Assembly (NCBI RefSeq): GCF_963676685.1
Contig: NC_092351.1
Location: forward strand, 89,838,001-89,902,000
Length of the DNA: 64,000 nucleotides
Source: Mytilus edulis
Lineage: Eukaryota
Reading direction: 5' to 3'
Of this stretch, positions 25,416-37,904 are shown one piece after another. A model generated the notes under the pieces. The model had not been told where the DNA came from, made no database searches, and worked only from the letters and a program-made list of their open reading frames with translations. The translations under genes and the position numbers were made by a program. Positions within the stretch are counted from its first letter, which is position 1, and each line of letters starts with the position of its first letter.

Positions 25416-25461
25416 AGCGTCACTGATGAGGCTTTTGTAGACGAAACGCGCGTTTGGCGTT
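25416..25461 (+). ncRNA. Minimal type I hammerhead ribozyme in a retrozyme-like unit (~25404-26204, with an insertion at ~25613-26040)
   Basis: gcgtca-CTGATGA-ggct-tttgt-agac-GAAA-cgcgcg-TT-tggcgt: conserved core, stem II and palindromic stem III. Confidence 0.85.
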
Positions 25462-26205
25462 AATACAAAATTTTATCCTGGTATCTATGATGAGTTTATT
25501 TACAACCGCTGGGTCGATGACACTTATGGTGGAGTTTTAATTCCCCGAGGGTATCACCATTCCAGTAGTCAGCACATCTGTGCTGAGATGAATTATCATT
25601 GATAAGGTCATAAAAGGGGAGGTTTTGCATGCCACAAAACCAGGTTCAACCCACCATTTTTTTCTTTAAAAATGTCCTGAACCAAGTCAGGAATATGGCC
25701 ATTGTTATATTATAGTTCGTTTCTGTATGTGTTACATTTTAACGTTGCGTCGTTTGTTTTCTCTTAATTTTGAGTGTAAATTCACATTGCGATAAGACGT
25801 GTCACGGTACTTGTCTATCCCAAATTCATGTATTTGGTTTTGATGTTATATTTGTTTTTTCTCGTGGGATTTTGTCTGATGCTTGGTCCGTTTCTGTGTG
25901 TGTTACATTGTAGTGTTGTGTCGTTGTTCTCCTCTTATATTTAATGCGTTTCCCTCAGTTTTAGTTTGTTACCCCGATTTTGTTTTTTGTCCATGAATTT
26001 ATGAGTTTGAACAGCGGTATACTACTGTTGCCTTTATTCATAGTTATGAATTAAATGTTTACAAAACTTATGAATTTTTGAAACACTAAGGCTTTTTTTT
26101 ACCTCAGACAAAGATTATCTAAGCTGTATTTGGCAAAACTTTTAGGAATTTTGGTCCTCGATACTCTTCAACTTTGTACTGTATTTGGCCTTTTTAACCT
26201 TTTTT

Positions 26206-29200
26206 AAGACGTAGACACTCTTTCCGAATGGATTAAGGCAGCGAGGTCGTTGATACAAATCAGAATTAAGAAACTGAATGGGTCTATCAATGCCCATGCT
26301 AAGTCAATCTTTAAAGGGAAAATTCACGATTTTTTACTTATGGTTTAAATATGTTCATTATGACATAATATATATATTCACAAAGTTTTATCGCTATATG
26401 TGCAGTAATAAAGGAGAAATTCAATAATTAATGAAAAAATATCAACTACTTCCTGTAGGTCGCGACGTTTTCTCCTGATTTTTGCATGCCGGGATTTAAA
26501 ATACAATCATTAAAAGTCTTGGTTTTTAATCATATTTTAACGTAATCGTAAGCGCGCCGATGACTTGTGCTTTATCTAATAACCATCCGATAATAAGAAG
26601 ATAAAACGCACAGACGTTCAATTGTACACATTCATGAGATAAACTTTCTATGTTAAACGTATATATTCGAATTATTTTTGTAGAAAACACTAAAAGTTAT
26701 AAATTTATTTTTAATAAATGCATTTTCGGACTGATAAGGTGAACAAATTAAAGTACAATAATCTGTTAAGACAATATATTGGTGTACTCTTATTGACCTT
26801 TTACTATCTCTGCTATAACTAGATTTATACGATGTGTGTATTCACGGTTCTGTGTCAATACTCGTAGATGGCTTGTTGAAAGGTAAATTGTTATTTGCAC
26901 TTCGGTATTTAACCACGCCTCTAGGGCACACCTTGCCAGGTGTGACTGTCTATTCGGATCAATGGATTATAAAACAAGGGAGCATTCAATACACACATTT
27001 AAAATAAATATTCAAGTTGGTGACAAATAAAAATTGATCGACGTGGAATTATCTAATTATATTTGGTGCTATTATTTATTTAAATTCAAATAAGTTAATT
27101 TACTAAGAAATACACAATTTTCGGTTAAAGACCGGAAACTTAATTCATATGTCAGAATGAAGTTATATACACCTCTTGTCTTTGATTTATGTCTCATAAA
27201 AAAGGGGAACTTAGAAATAATAAATAGCTTTACCAAAGCATTTTAATTTGTCTTTATCAGGCGAAAAAATGTACGAGAACACTTACATTTAGGTTTTTGA
27301 AAGCCATGTATTAATTAATATCTGAAACTATCTGAAGATAACTCTACCGAAGCGGAATATAATATGTACGAATAAAGAAAAAAATACTTTTGTACTTAAG
27401 AGGTTTAAAGAATTGACAGGAAATTTAAGGATCTTCTTGGAATGGAATCGAAAATTAGGAATAGATATTCTTTTCAAGTGTGAAAAACGTCAACCAAATT
27501 TATTCACAATCGGGAACTTCCTTAATTTAAATAATCTTCGTCTCCCAACATATATAATACTTAAATAACTATTTGACCAACGAGGTTTAAAATTAAAAGT
27601 CAACGAATTTAATGTTATCTTTCTCTATTTTTGAATGTAATTATAAGTCCGTTCAACTTGCAAGAATACCCCTAAAGCGGACAAATATCCGACAAGCAGT
27701 TTATTCTTTAAATTGCTGTCATTGAATATCAAGAAAGAAAATAAATTCCGAAATTGATTTGAAACTTTAATACTCAATAGTTCTCCTAGAAAATATTCAC
27801 ATCCCTTGTGGATTATAGTGTACGTCCAGTTGCATATATATTACATGAAAGTCGGAAAATTGTGTTGATGACGAATTTCGTCCTTTATTCGAGAACAATC
27901 TAATTGATATATAAATCTGTGATTTTACTATGTTCATAACTTCGATGAACCAAAGCAAGTTATATATCGACCTGTATTTAAATCAAATTGTTGCTTTTTT
28001 TCTTCTTCTTCTTTTGGTACAAATAGTCTATCGAATTCGTTGATTATATACTGTTGGCATACTAGTACTATACGTGGACTAGTCTATTTACAAAACTTTG
28101 ACCCCAATTTACACAAAATGTATGTTTCTTTCTTATGTTCAATGTATACATGTATATATTTTGAATTGCGCTATAGTTCCGTAACTTTCTATCCAGGCGT
28201 ATAAACGAATCGTCGACAAGTGCGCACATTTTTTTAAATCAATATGTCTGGTATGTTCCAATCTGTCCTAAACTATTGACAACGAGTATATATTACATTT
28301 TCCCAAATTAACCCTTGAAATATGTAAATAGATTTGTATTTCTTCAAATCTTTTTTTTTTACATTATTTATTATTTTTATAAATAATATTCTTTACACCA
28401 GAAATGTTATTTAAAAACAAGCGTATTAGTTAAGTAATGACTAGTATATTATATCACTTTCGGACACGCAAGACAGAGATGTATATTATACATGCACCTG
28501 ATAGTTCAAGATGGAAAGTTATAAGTGATCGGTCAGGTACACTGATCAATACCTACAGAGGTGTAACGATGCATGAACTTGCAAGCCCGCCGGACAGGAA
28601 ATCGATTGAATACCTGGACGTGTCACCTTACACCCCTCACAATACATTTGGGAGTAATACCTTTAGCCATGCTGGTGATCAGATGAGGGAAGATCCGAAT
28701 TTATTTGAATAAAGTTTATTACTTTAATGAATTATGAACGAATTAGATTTTCGAAAACAATTTCCACAGAACACTTATTTATGATTTGAACTTTGACTTT
28801 TTAACTAATTCCAATATTAACTGTTTAAAAATAACAGACTACTAGATATGGTTATTAAAAAAAAATAAGAACATTTTCCGTATCAAGTTAGTTATTCAGA
28901 TAAAACAACCGTACGATTGAAGATATCGACACGTAATTACGACTACATCGGTTACTGTAGTTTTGTTCCTTTGTGGTTTATAGACATATCGTGACTTTTC
29001 ATCGTAGAAGATGACAAAATGGCGGAACGCAGAGAATTGATACTCAAAATTTAAAATCGATGAGGATCTCTTATTTAGCGGAATAAAACTTTAATATCTA
29101 TAAATTTGAGCATTTTTATTCAGAATGGACATAATATCAATTTTTGATTTTTTTGCGAAGTTTCCCTTTAAAGACCCAAATGTTGCAAAACACCTATCCT

Positions 29201-30845
29201 ACCTCCATGACAAATATGTTGTTGTCCCCGCAGATAAAGCCCCAAACAACATCGTTTTTGTGTGTAAAACTCATTACATTAACTGCTTGATAAACGAATT
29301 AGGTATTGACAATTCACTTGGAAACTCAACATATACCCTCACGACACTTACCAAAGAGGAAATCCTGGATAATCATAGGTCTGTTCTGTGTTCCTTTGGA
29401 ATTTCAACCAAAGATGAAGAACTAGATCTGCCATCACTGTATTGGATACCTAAACTACATAAGTGTCCTTACAAACAACGGTATATTGCTGGGTCTTCCA
29501 AGTGCTCCACGAAACCTCTTTCTAAATTATTAACATCTATTTTATCCGCAATCAAAGACGGGCTTCAAAGTTATTGTGAAACTGCCTATTCTAGAGGGGG
29601 CGTGAATCAGATGTGGATACTGAAAAATTCCAAAGATCTTTTAGAGTACATACATTCTAACTCTCTTTCATCTTGTAACAGTATTAAAACATTTGACTTT
29701 TCTACTCTTTACACCAGTATTCCACATTCCAAACTAAAATACAAATTGCAAGAGTTGGTATTGCTTTGCTTTGTAAAAAAGAATGGCCAACGTAGATACA
29801 AGTATCTTGTCTTAGGGAGGGATAAATTCTACTTTGTAAAGGATCACTCTGATTCGAACAAAAAATTCTCTGATATTATCAAGATGCTTGATTTCTAGAT
29901 TGACAACATATTTGTTACGTTCGGAGGACGTGTTTTTCAGCAGACTGTCGGCATTCCAATGGGAACAAACTGTGCCCCTCTACTTACCGACTTGTTTCTT
30001 TATTATTATGAGGCTGACTTCATGCAGGAACTTCTTAGGAAGAAAGAAAAGAAGTTAGCAATATCATTTAACTCTACTTTTCGCTATATAGATGATGTTC
30101 ATTCATTAAATAATTCAAAATTTGGTGACTATGTGGAAAGCATATATCCAATCGAGCTAGAGATAAAGGATACTACAGATACAGTTAAGTCGGCCTCATA
30201 TCTTGACTTACATCTAGAAATTGACAATGAGGGTCGGTTGAAAACAAAACTTTACGACAAAAGAGATGATTTCAGCTTTCCAATTGTGAATTTTCCATTT
30301 CTAAGTAGCAACATTCCAGCAGCACCTGCATACTGGGTATATATCTCCCAATTGATACGATATTCCCGTGCTTGCATTTCCTATCATGATTTTCTTGATA
30401 GAGGGTTGCTGCTCACAAGGAAGCTAGTAAACGAAGAGTTCCAAATGGTGAAGTTGAAATCATCCCTTCGTAAATTTTACGGACGCCATCACGAGATGGT
30501 TGACCGTTATGGAATAACCGTTTCACAAATGATATCGGATATGTTCCTTACGTCGTAACTACAATCCCCTTCTCTTTCATGAATGTGACTTACCGAATTA
30601 TACTATTTACCGGATTTGATATCACATAAGCAACACGACGGGTGCCGCATGTGGAGCAGGATCTGCTAACCCTTCCGGAGCACCTGAGATCACCCCTAGT
30701 TTTTTGGTGGGGTTCGTGTTGTTTATTCTTTAGTTTTCTATGTTGTGTCGTGTGTGCTGTTGTTTGTTTGTCTTTTTCATTTTTAGCCATGGCGTTGTCA
30801 GTTTGTTTTAGATTTATGAGTTTGGTATCTTTCGTCCCTCTTTTT
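26206..30845 (+). mobile_element. 5'-truncated Penelope-like (Naiad-type) retroelement, RT split by a 2.85-kb insertion
   Basis: DVDTLSEWIK...KSIF at 26208-26314 continues as KDPNV...PADKAPNN, LYWIPKLHK, TFDFSTLYT, GIPMGTNCAP, RYIDD. In-frame stop at 29896. The ORF ends without GIY-YIG; 3' tail runs to 30845. Confidence 0.92.
26315..29167. mobile_element. Kolobok-like non-autonomous element (2853 bp) nested in the PLE RT
   Basis: TTAA TSD at 26311-26314 and 29168-29171. TIR agggaaaattcacg / tgcgaagtttccct. Removing it restores KSIFKDPNV. Confidence 0.9.
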
Positions 30846-31670
30846 TGACCCTTTTTTTTTTTTATCAAAAATACATAAAATACGGATAAAAGATTTTATA
30901 ATGGTCCTTTTTTGTCTAATGGTTATACAATCAACAAGCTATATTTCTATATAAATATAATGAAAACAATATAGAACTTCAACTAACAATTGGTAACAAG
31001 ATTTTGTTATAACCTGAAAAGGAATTTGACTATAAACTTCAGTCTATATTGCTGACATGACACCTAAGAATAGTTTTAGCTTCATGTTGAAAATTGACAT
31101 TGTTGCAATAGAATTTATCAATAATGCAGTGTAATCTTTGTCGGGACTACCTGAGCAATATATATATTTGGATCATTTTGTTAAACAAACTCCATTTAAG
31201 ATCTAGATGATATATGGAAAAATAATAATGCAGAATTGAATGACTATTCAATCTGACAATAAGGTTTCATAGGTAGTGATTTTGAAAAGTTGAAAGGAAA
31301 TGAATAGATAGACTACAGCCAATGGACATAAAGTGATGACAACTATAACATAGCTTTCATATGTACTATATGGAATGTAATACAATTGTACCAAAACCAA
31401 TTATGTGTCACTGTCACATGTTTTCAGAAGACCTTAAAACTGGATAAATACATTTTATTGACATTGGAATATTCTTGTAATTCATATCAATACTATTAGT
31501 TCTTTTAATATTCCTCTTTTTCAGTAAATCAATGACTCAGAAGAATAAAAAAATTATATGATGTATTACAAGATTCAGTTAATGGCAGGGATAATACATC
31601 TGAGTATACATAAAGATACGGAATATGTAACATGTAACATAAATAGTAAAATGGAAAATTTAAAACTTAA

Positions 31671-34600
31671 GGTGGTACCTAACACTACAGGGAGATAACT
31701 CTGTAAAATCAGCTTAACGTTTTAATTACGTTGTGTTGTTAACGAAATATAAAGCTTCTCAATTATCAAAATTAGTATTTGTCAAACTGCTATATAACCA
31801 GTGTAATTTTCTGATAAAATGGTTGGTTCAAAATTTTTTTGAATTTTTTGTCAAAGGGTCAAATAGTGGAGCGGCGGAGAGGACAATTTTAGAAATTTAA
31901 ATTACCTAAATACCTCATGGGATTTTAATAGCTCATTGGAAAGCTGAAATCGTGTAGTTTTTGAAAATATGTGACGTAAATATAAAATCTGGTACAATTA
32001 TACCGAAAATCAAGGTCAAAGGTCATCACTTAAAAAATTCCTATTTTCATCTGGAGAAACAATACCATTGATATTTTTCAAAATTAATAATCTATTCAAT
32101 AAATTATATGAGTGGTGTTAAGTAGAAATGCGTTAGTTCATACAAAATCTTTTTCATATTTGCACATGACGTCAGAACAACGTTTTATTTAACTTTTTTT
32201 AAGGTTATCCGTGGTATACAAGTTATAAAGCCTAATAAAAAACAGTAAAAGAATTACCTTCAAGTTGATATTTGACCTCGGCAAATAGCATTTCTTGAAT
32301 ACTTTATGATAAAAGTTTTCCAAAGAGTATCCGAAATGCATAGTTGATAAATCAAACAAAATGTGCAGCCATGTTAAATTTCAAGTTTTCAAGGATTCGA
32401 CATGTCACTGAGTTTTCTTAAAACGAATTCCAACTATCTCAATACAAGATATCTTTTCTTCATATAATATAGTTATTGGAATGATATATTACTCGATGTG
32501 TGCAATCGTGTTGTAGAACAAATTCAAAATTTGCGACATGACCGTTTTGGTATCTATGGTGAGTTTATTTTCATACCAAATGAAACGTCGAAAAAATTAT
32601 AGCAAATTAAGATAAAGTTACCAAATATTACGACAAGAACTATTTGTCATGTTATTTCATCTGTGTCATCACCTGTGGCGGCTGATTCTGCCCGGAAATT
32701 GTTACAACTACCTAAATTTTGACAAAAACATAAATCAGTGCAAGGAAGACCCTGGTCCTTGCAAACACATGCTGCCTGGCATGCTTTTCCCCCTTACACG
32801 AACAAATGAGATCTTGTAGAAAGTCTTATGCCATTTGTCCCTCAAAGAAAACTAGCTCTAACTTGTCATTTTTTGCAGTTTTCCAACCAAAAGCACCTGG
32901 GGAGCCATTATTATTTTTGGTTGGCTAAATATGTTAAAATGGAACAAGTTGTTCGGTACAGTTACTAGACAATTCATGTGGCAAGACAGATCCCTCTCTG
33001 CACATTATTCTACGAATTACCCACAACAAAGGTAAAGGGTAAGCACTGCATTAGCGAGGATACCTTTTCGTCATAGACTAATGATTTGTCCTGTTTCCGT
33101 TCAAACCGTTGTCTGATACTAAATCCGAATGTTCCATTTAGATCTGAATTTTGGAATATAGCACGCGCCATCGAGTGAAATTTGTTTTTACCGTCAATCG
33201 TTTCGGTATTAAGGTCAATATTGTCCACACCTTCTTGGATTAAGGAACCACAGTTAGCTATACCGAATGGGACATAATAACCACCTTGTATTTTTGTTAT
33301 TTCAGCATTCGCTACACTCGTCAAAAACCTCCAAACCTCGTCATACTTGACACAAAAACCATGTGCATTTAAATTTTCAATCAAAGACTTCGATTCGAAC
33401 TCATGCTACAACTGTGCTGCAAGATTAAGACTAAATGGAGTAGTTATGTTATTACAATTTGACACCAGGCACTTTGCGAGAGCAGCACATTTTCTTCGAA
33501 TTTCATGCGAAATATCCATTGATACTGAAGAAAATGTTTCAAAAGACTTTTTGTCAAGAAGTAAACAAAACTTATCAAACAGGGTGGTATCATTACTTCT
33601 AACATGTCCAACGATACTTCGTCATTTGCAGGATAATAATAAGATATATAAACATTTTTCATTTTGTTTTTCTTTATATTGAGGCTTCTTCATAAAGTAC
33701 ATGCATATCGGTTTGTTCGTTGTATTTAAGTAGGCTTTTATCTCAAAAATTTCTAATTCTGCTTAGATGTTATTCGCTGCTTTACCAGCGTCTCCAATGG
33801 AAATATCGCTAGCAAATACAATGCTAGATTTAGCTTGACCTTGTTGAGCAAAAAATACAATGACATCCGTAGTAGTACTTCTCAAGTTAAGCCTTAAGTT
33901 TAGAGATATTACAGTATGTCTTAATTACTTGATGAGGTAAAAAAAAGACTGGTACATTGTCAAAAGTGATGACAATACAAGAGACTTTTTGTCACAAATA
34001 AGGTCACTCTCCACATTTTCAACTAATCTTTCAAATGCCAAATCATACGCAGATTTATCAGTGGATTTTTGTCTATATGCCAAGTATGTGGTCCGACATG
34101 GTGCGTGATACACTGCATTATTGAGCAAATTATCTGGCTCTTTTCGATTAGTCATTTCAGCGTCGCATGCTCTAACAGCAGCTTTTAAAGATTGACTAAC
34201 CATTCAGTTGATGAAATTGTATGTAATTGTTTTCACCCTTTTATGAGACATTTTTTGCAAATAATACACTTTGATGTATTGTTATCAATATTTTCAAGCA
34301 CCAAAGAATTAGATAAATCGGAATGTATATCTGGTGTTTCCTTTTCAGATGAAGAACAGGATACTGATTTGAAATTCTGCTTACTTGAGTAGCTTTTATA
34401 AAATGACCTATGATACCTAAATACTGGTAATTCACTTGCTGTTTCATTGCAGAATTTATTCAAATAACTGAAAAAATCATCACGTCTCTTTGCTGCAGCA
34501 TTTATCAGACTTTTTCTTCCAGATTCTGTTGATGTTATTAAAATTTCTTCAACAAAAGAATCGCAGATAGTACATTTGTCAACACCAACATCCACTTTTC

Positions 34601-35552
34601 TTTTTTGGCATCTGGCGGGACCAGTTTTAACACAGGCAGACAAGTGCCTGTGTGTTTTAACGAGACTGTTAAATTGTCCATTTGATTGAATAAAAAACAA
34701 ATCAAACACACCTGAAATCCAAACAAACCCTACAATGATATTCACTTTCCAAGTTAAATTCAACAAAAACGAATAAAAAACTATACCAAACAACATAAAT
34801 TAATCTCAAGGCTTCGGAAATTATAAAATGAACAAAAAATATGCTTGAAAATGATTACAAATGACCTTCGCTAAATCGCTGAATATGGGACTGTAACTAG
34901 AAACCACAACAATGTCGGTAAATCTGTGACAAATATTCGGACTTTAAATCTGGATAAAAAGCATATATTTAGCCAAATATCTATCTTATTAGAAATTAAC
35001 TTAAAAAAGTAAATCGGGTCGATTGAAGTATTATAAGGTGGCTTTACTGTTGTGCCTTTAAAATACACCTATACTGCACGTGCAAATAATGCTAGGTGAA
35101 AAACGATGAGTTTTCAGTGTTATTTTCAACCATTTTGCAGATGCATTGTGCTTTACATATAGGACTATTTGGAAATGCTCTTATATTGTATGAAGTTCAA
35201 GAATAACTGTATTTGCCAATTTCGTTCACAAATTATTTTTTAGAACGGGTTTGTTATGAATTTTGTCTACCGAATCAGCAGTGGGGTATTCGATGCAAAT
35301 TGGGTAACGTTAGTTAAGGCTATTTTTAACGTCATTTGTATCACATTTGATATTTACGACAAACATTTTTCTAAAGCTGAATAATCGATAGACAATTTAA
35401 GACCTTAAAATTCCATGAGGTATTTAGGTAATTTAAAATCGTTAACTAAGCGACTTTTTCAACATTCGCCGCTCCACTAAAAGTAAATACTTTCTCAAAA
35501 ATTTATGAAAATTAAACGAGCCAAATTAATTTTAGTGCTGTTGGGTACCACC
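31671..35552. mobile_element. Kolobok-like MITE (same family as 20220-20551) carrying a nested 3.6-kb element
   Basis: TTAA at 31667-31670 and 35553-35556; same TIRs and body as the 20220 copy. Confidence 0.9.
31864..35479 (-). mobile_element. Academ-like DNA transposon, decayed deletion derivative
   Basis: TIR tagtggagcggcg / cgccgctccacta, subterminal inverted repeat (31895-31928 vs 35405-35437), AAA TSD. Minus-strand relics: YDEVWRFLTS, DNIDLNTETIDGKNKFH, YHAPCR, and a Cys-rich CSC..C..CVC..LPCTDLCFC..CN segment at 32701-32810. Confidence 0.8.
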
Positions 35553-36499
35553 TTAAATGGGTATACAATACAAATATTAAGCATAAAGATTGCAAGAAAA
35601 AGGTGTTTGAACCTATAAATTGTCAAAATATGAAAATACATGATAAAATTGATATCTGGCTCCTCAACCTCGTGAAAAAAAAATTTATATATTGTAAATG
35701 AAGTAAACGTCACCCATCTATATACTGTAGATTCATTATTATTCGTTACATACCAATTTTCGTGTATTCCGTTTAATCTGGAACCACAAATTCCAATGTA
35801 CAACGAATGACAAATTTTCTATAAGAATTAATAATGACTTTGGCAAATCCAAGAAATCAACTATTCACGAAATCAAATATCCAGGCAAATTCATGTTTCC
35901 AAAATCCTTAAAAATTTGTACCCACGAAAATGATGAATCATCAGTAATGTATTTTACCACATCTTACAATAATATCTTCAAAGTTTCAGTACTCACAAAT
36001 CGTTCAAGTACTTGTCCAAAGAATCTTGACATTTTATGTTGTTATATCCATCTAATCAATCATAATCTTCTTTGACGTTTTTGTACAGTTAAGGTTGTTG
36101 TAATGATTTGATTGGTTGCTAGTTCAAAACTGAGCCATACGTTATATCTAATTACATTACGGTTTTGTTGTTCTTAAGTTTAGGGTATTTTCTTTACTGC
36201 AACTTAGATGTGTTATAAAGTCTGTTAACAAAATTTACGATGTGGTTAATGTAGGAAAGCAGGTAAACAGGACAAAAACATAACATAAAACTGACGTGAA
36301 CAAAATGAGACATATAAAATTGAGAATGAATATGGGGAATGAGTCAAAGAGACAACAACCCGACCATAGAACAGACAACAGCTGAAGGCCACCAATGGAT
36401 CTTCAATGTAGCGAGAAACTCCTGCACCCGGGAGAGTCCTTCAGCTGGCCACTAAACAAATATGTTACTAGTACAGTGATAATGGATGTCCTACTAAAC

Positions 36500-37060
36500 T
36501 ATTATCACATGTGGATACTAGATATTAAACATTACAAATGTAGGATCTAAAAATTATACACTTTAACATAATCATAAAAGGAATCTTTTAAATACCACAT
36601 GTTACATCTTTAGGGTTATTTAACACCACAGCAAATTTAACATAACACATGTGGCATCTACAAATTATACACTGAATCAAAACCATATACAAAATCTGAC
36701 ATAACACATGTGATATCTACAAGGAACACACTTAAACAAATCCATATAAAAAATCTGACATAATACATGTAATATCTAGAAAGAACACACTGAAAAAAAT
36801 CTATATCAGAAATAAGACATAAAACATGTGAAATCTACAAAGAATACATCTAGACAGTAATTCAACAACACAACAAAAGCCTTCAAGAAATCTGTCATAT
36901 TAAATGTGGCATTAAGACAGTTATTCAATAACACAACAAAATTATTCCAAAAATCTGTCATAACACAAGCGGCATCTTGAGAGTAATTCAACACCACAAC
37001 AAAACCAAATAAGAAATCTGACATTACACATGTGGTAATAAGACAGTAATACAAAACACA
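36500..37060. repeat. Degenerate ~59-bp minisatellite (acacatgtgg-atctac core)
   Basis: Recurrent acacatgtg...tctac...aaatctgacata; same family as 45925-46312 and 47885-48212. Confidence 0.8.
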
Positions 37061-37461
37061 AAAAATCTATAAATAGCTGAAGGTCTTCTTATATATCTAT
37101 GTATAAAATCAATTACATATCAAAGAGAAACGTCAGCAAACATAGAAATAAACAAAAATTGGGACTCCATATTTATATTCAGTGTAACTATATCATACTT
37201 TAATTGAAATATGAAGCCCATCATCACAACAAAACCAAATAAGAAATCTGACATTACACATGTGGTAATAAGACAGTAATAAAAAAAAACATAAAAAAAT
37301 ATATGGAATAGCTGAAGGGCTTCATAATATATCTATGTATAAAATCAAATACATATCAAAGAGAAACGTCAGACATCAAACAGAATTAATCAAATATTGG
37401 GATTCCATCTTTATATACAGTGTAACTGTATTATACTTTGATTGAAATATGAAGCCCATCA
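36995..37461. repeat. ~230-bp tandem duplication
   Basis: cacaacaaaaccaaataagaaatctg...gaaatatgaagcccatca occurs twice. Confidence 0.85.
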
Positions 37462-37904
37462 CATGAAAGTTAAATAGCACAAAAACTGATCTGACTCTTA
37501 AGTAAAACGAAATGCAATTTTAGAAAACAATGAAATATTTCAAAACTACCAAGTATTGATAGAATTACAAGGTTGATAAAGTGTGGTGCAGATGTATTTA
37601 TTGGCACATAATAGTTTTACTGTGTCTAAATCAAAAAATGTTTCTTCTGTTCCTAGTGATAATATAAAGAAAAAATAATGTTTTGTGAGGCTTAGCTGTA
37701 CTTTTGTTATATAAGAACGAACCGCTGACTATTATCACGAGTTAAGAAGATTTTTTTTTCTCTTTCTTCATGTGTTTGTTACAATCATTACTATAGATGT
37801 ATGTCCATTTTATGTTTGGACATTAATGTCTGGGTTATGTTTCATTAATATATTTTTTTATTCTGGTGTGGTAATGGAGAGATGACCTGATCAGTTGTGT
37901 GCCA

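Noticed and set aside
24846-25463. Hydrophobic ORFs MPHVEQDLL.../MAPIICAP... (also at 30642 and 59797)
   Set aside because: Spurious translations of the repeated PLE 3' tail.
29125-30558. Selenocysteine-recoded Naiad RT
   Set aside because: The in-frame stop at 29896 is TAG at a probable Leu position, not TGA at a Cys position.
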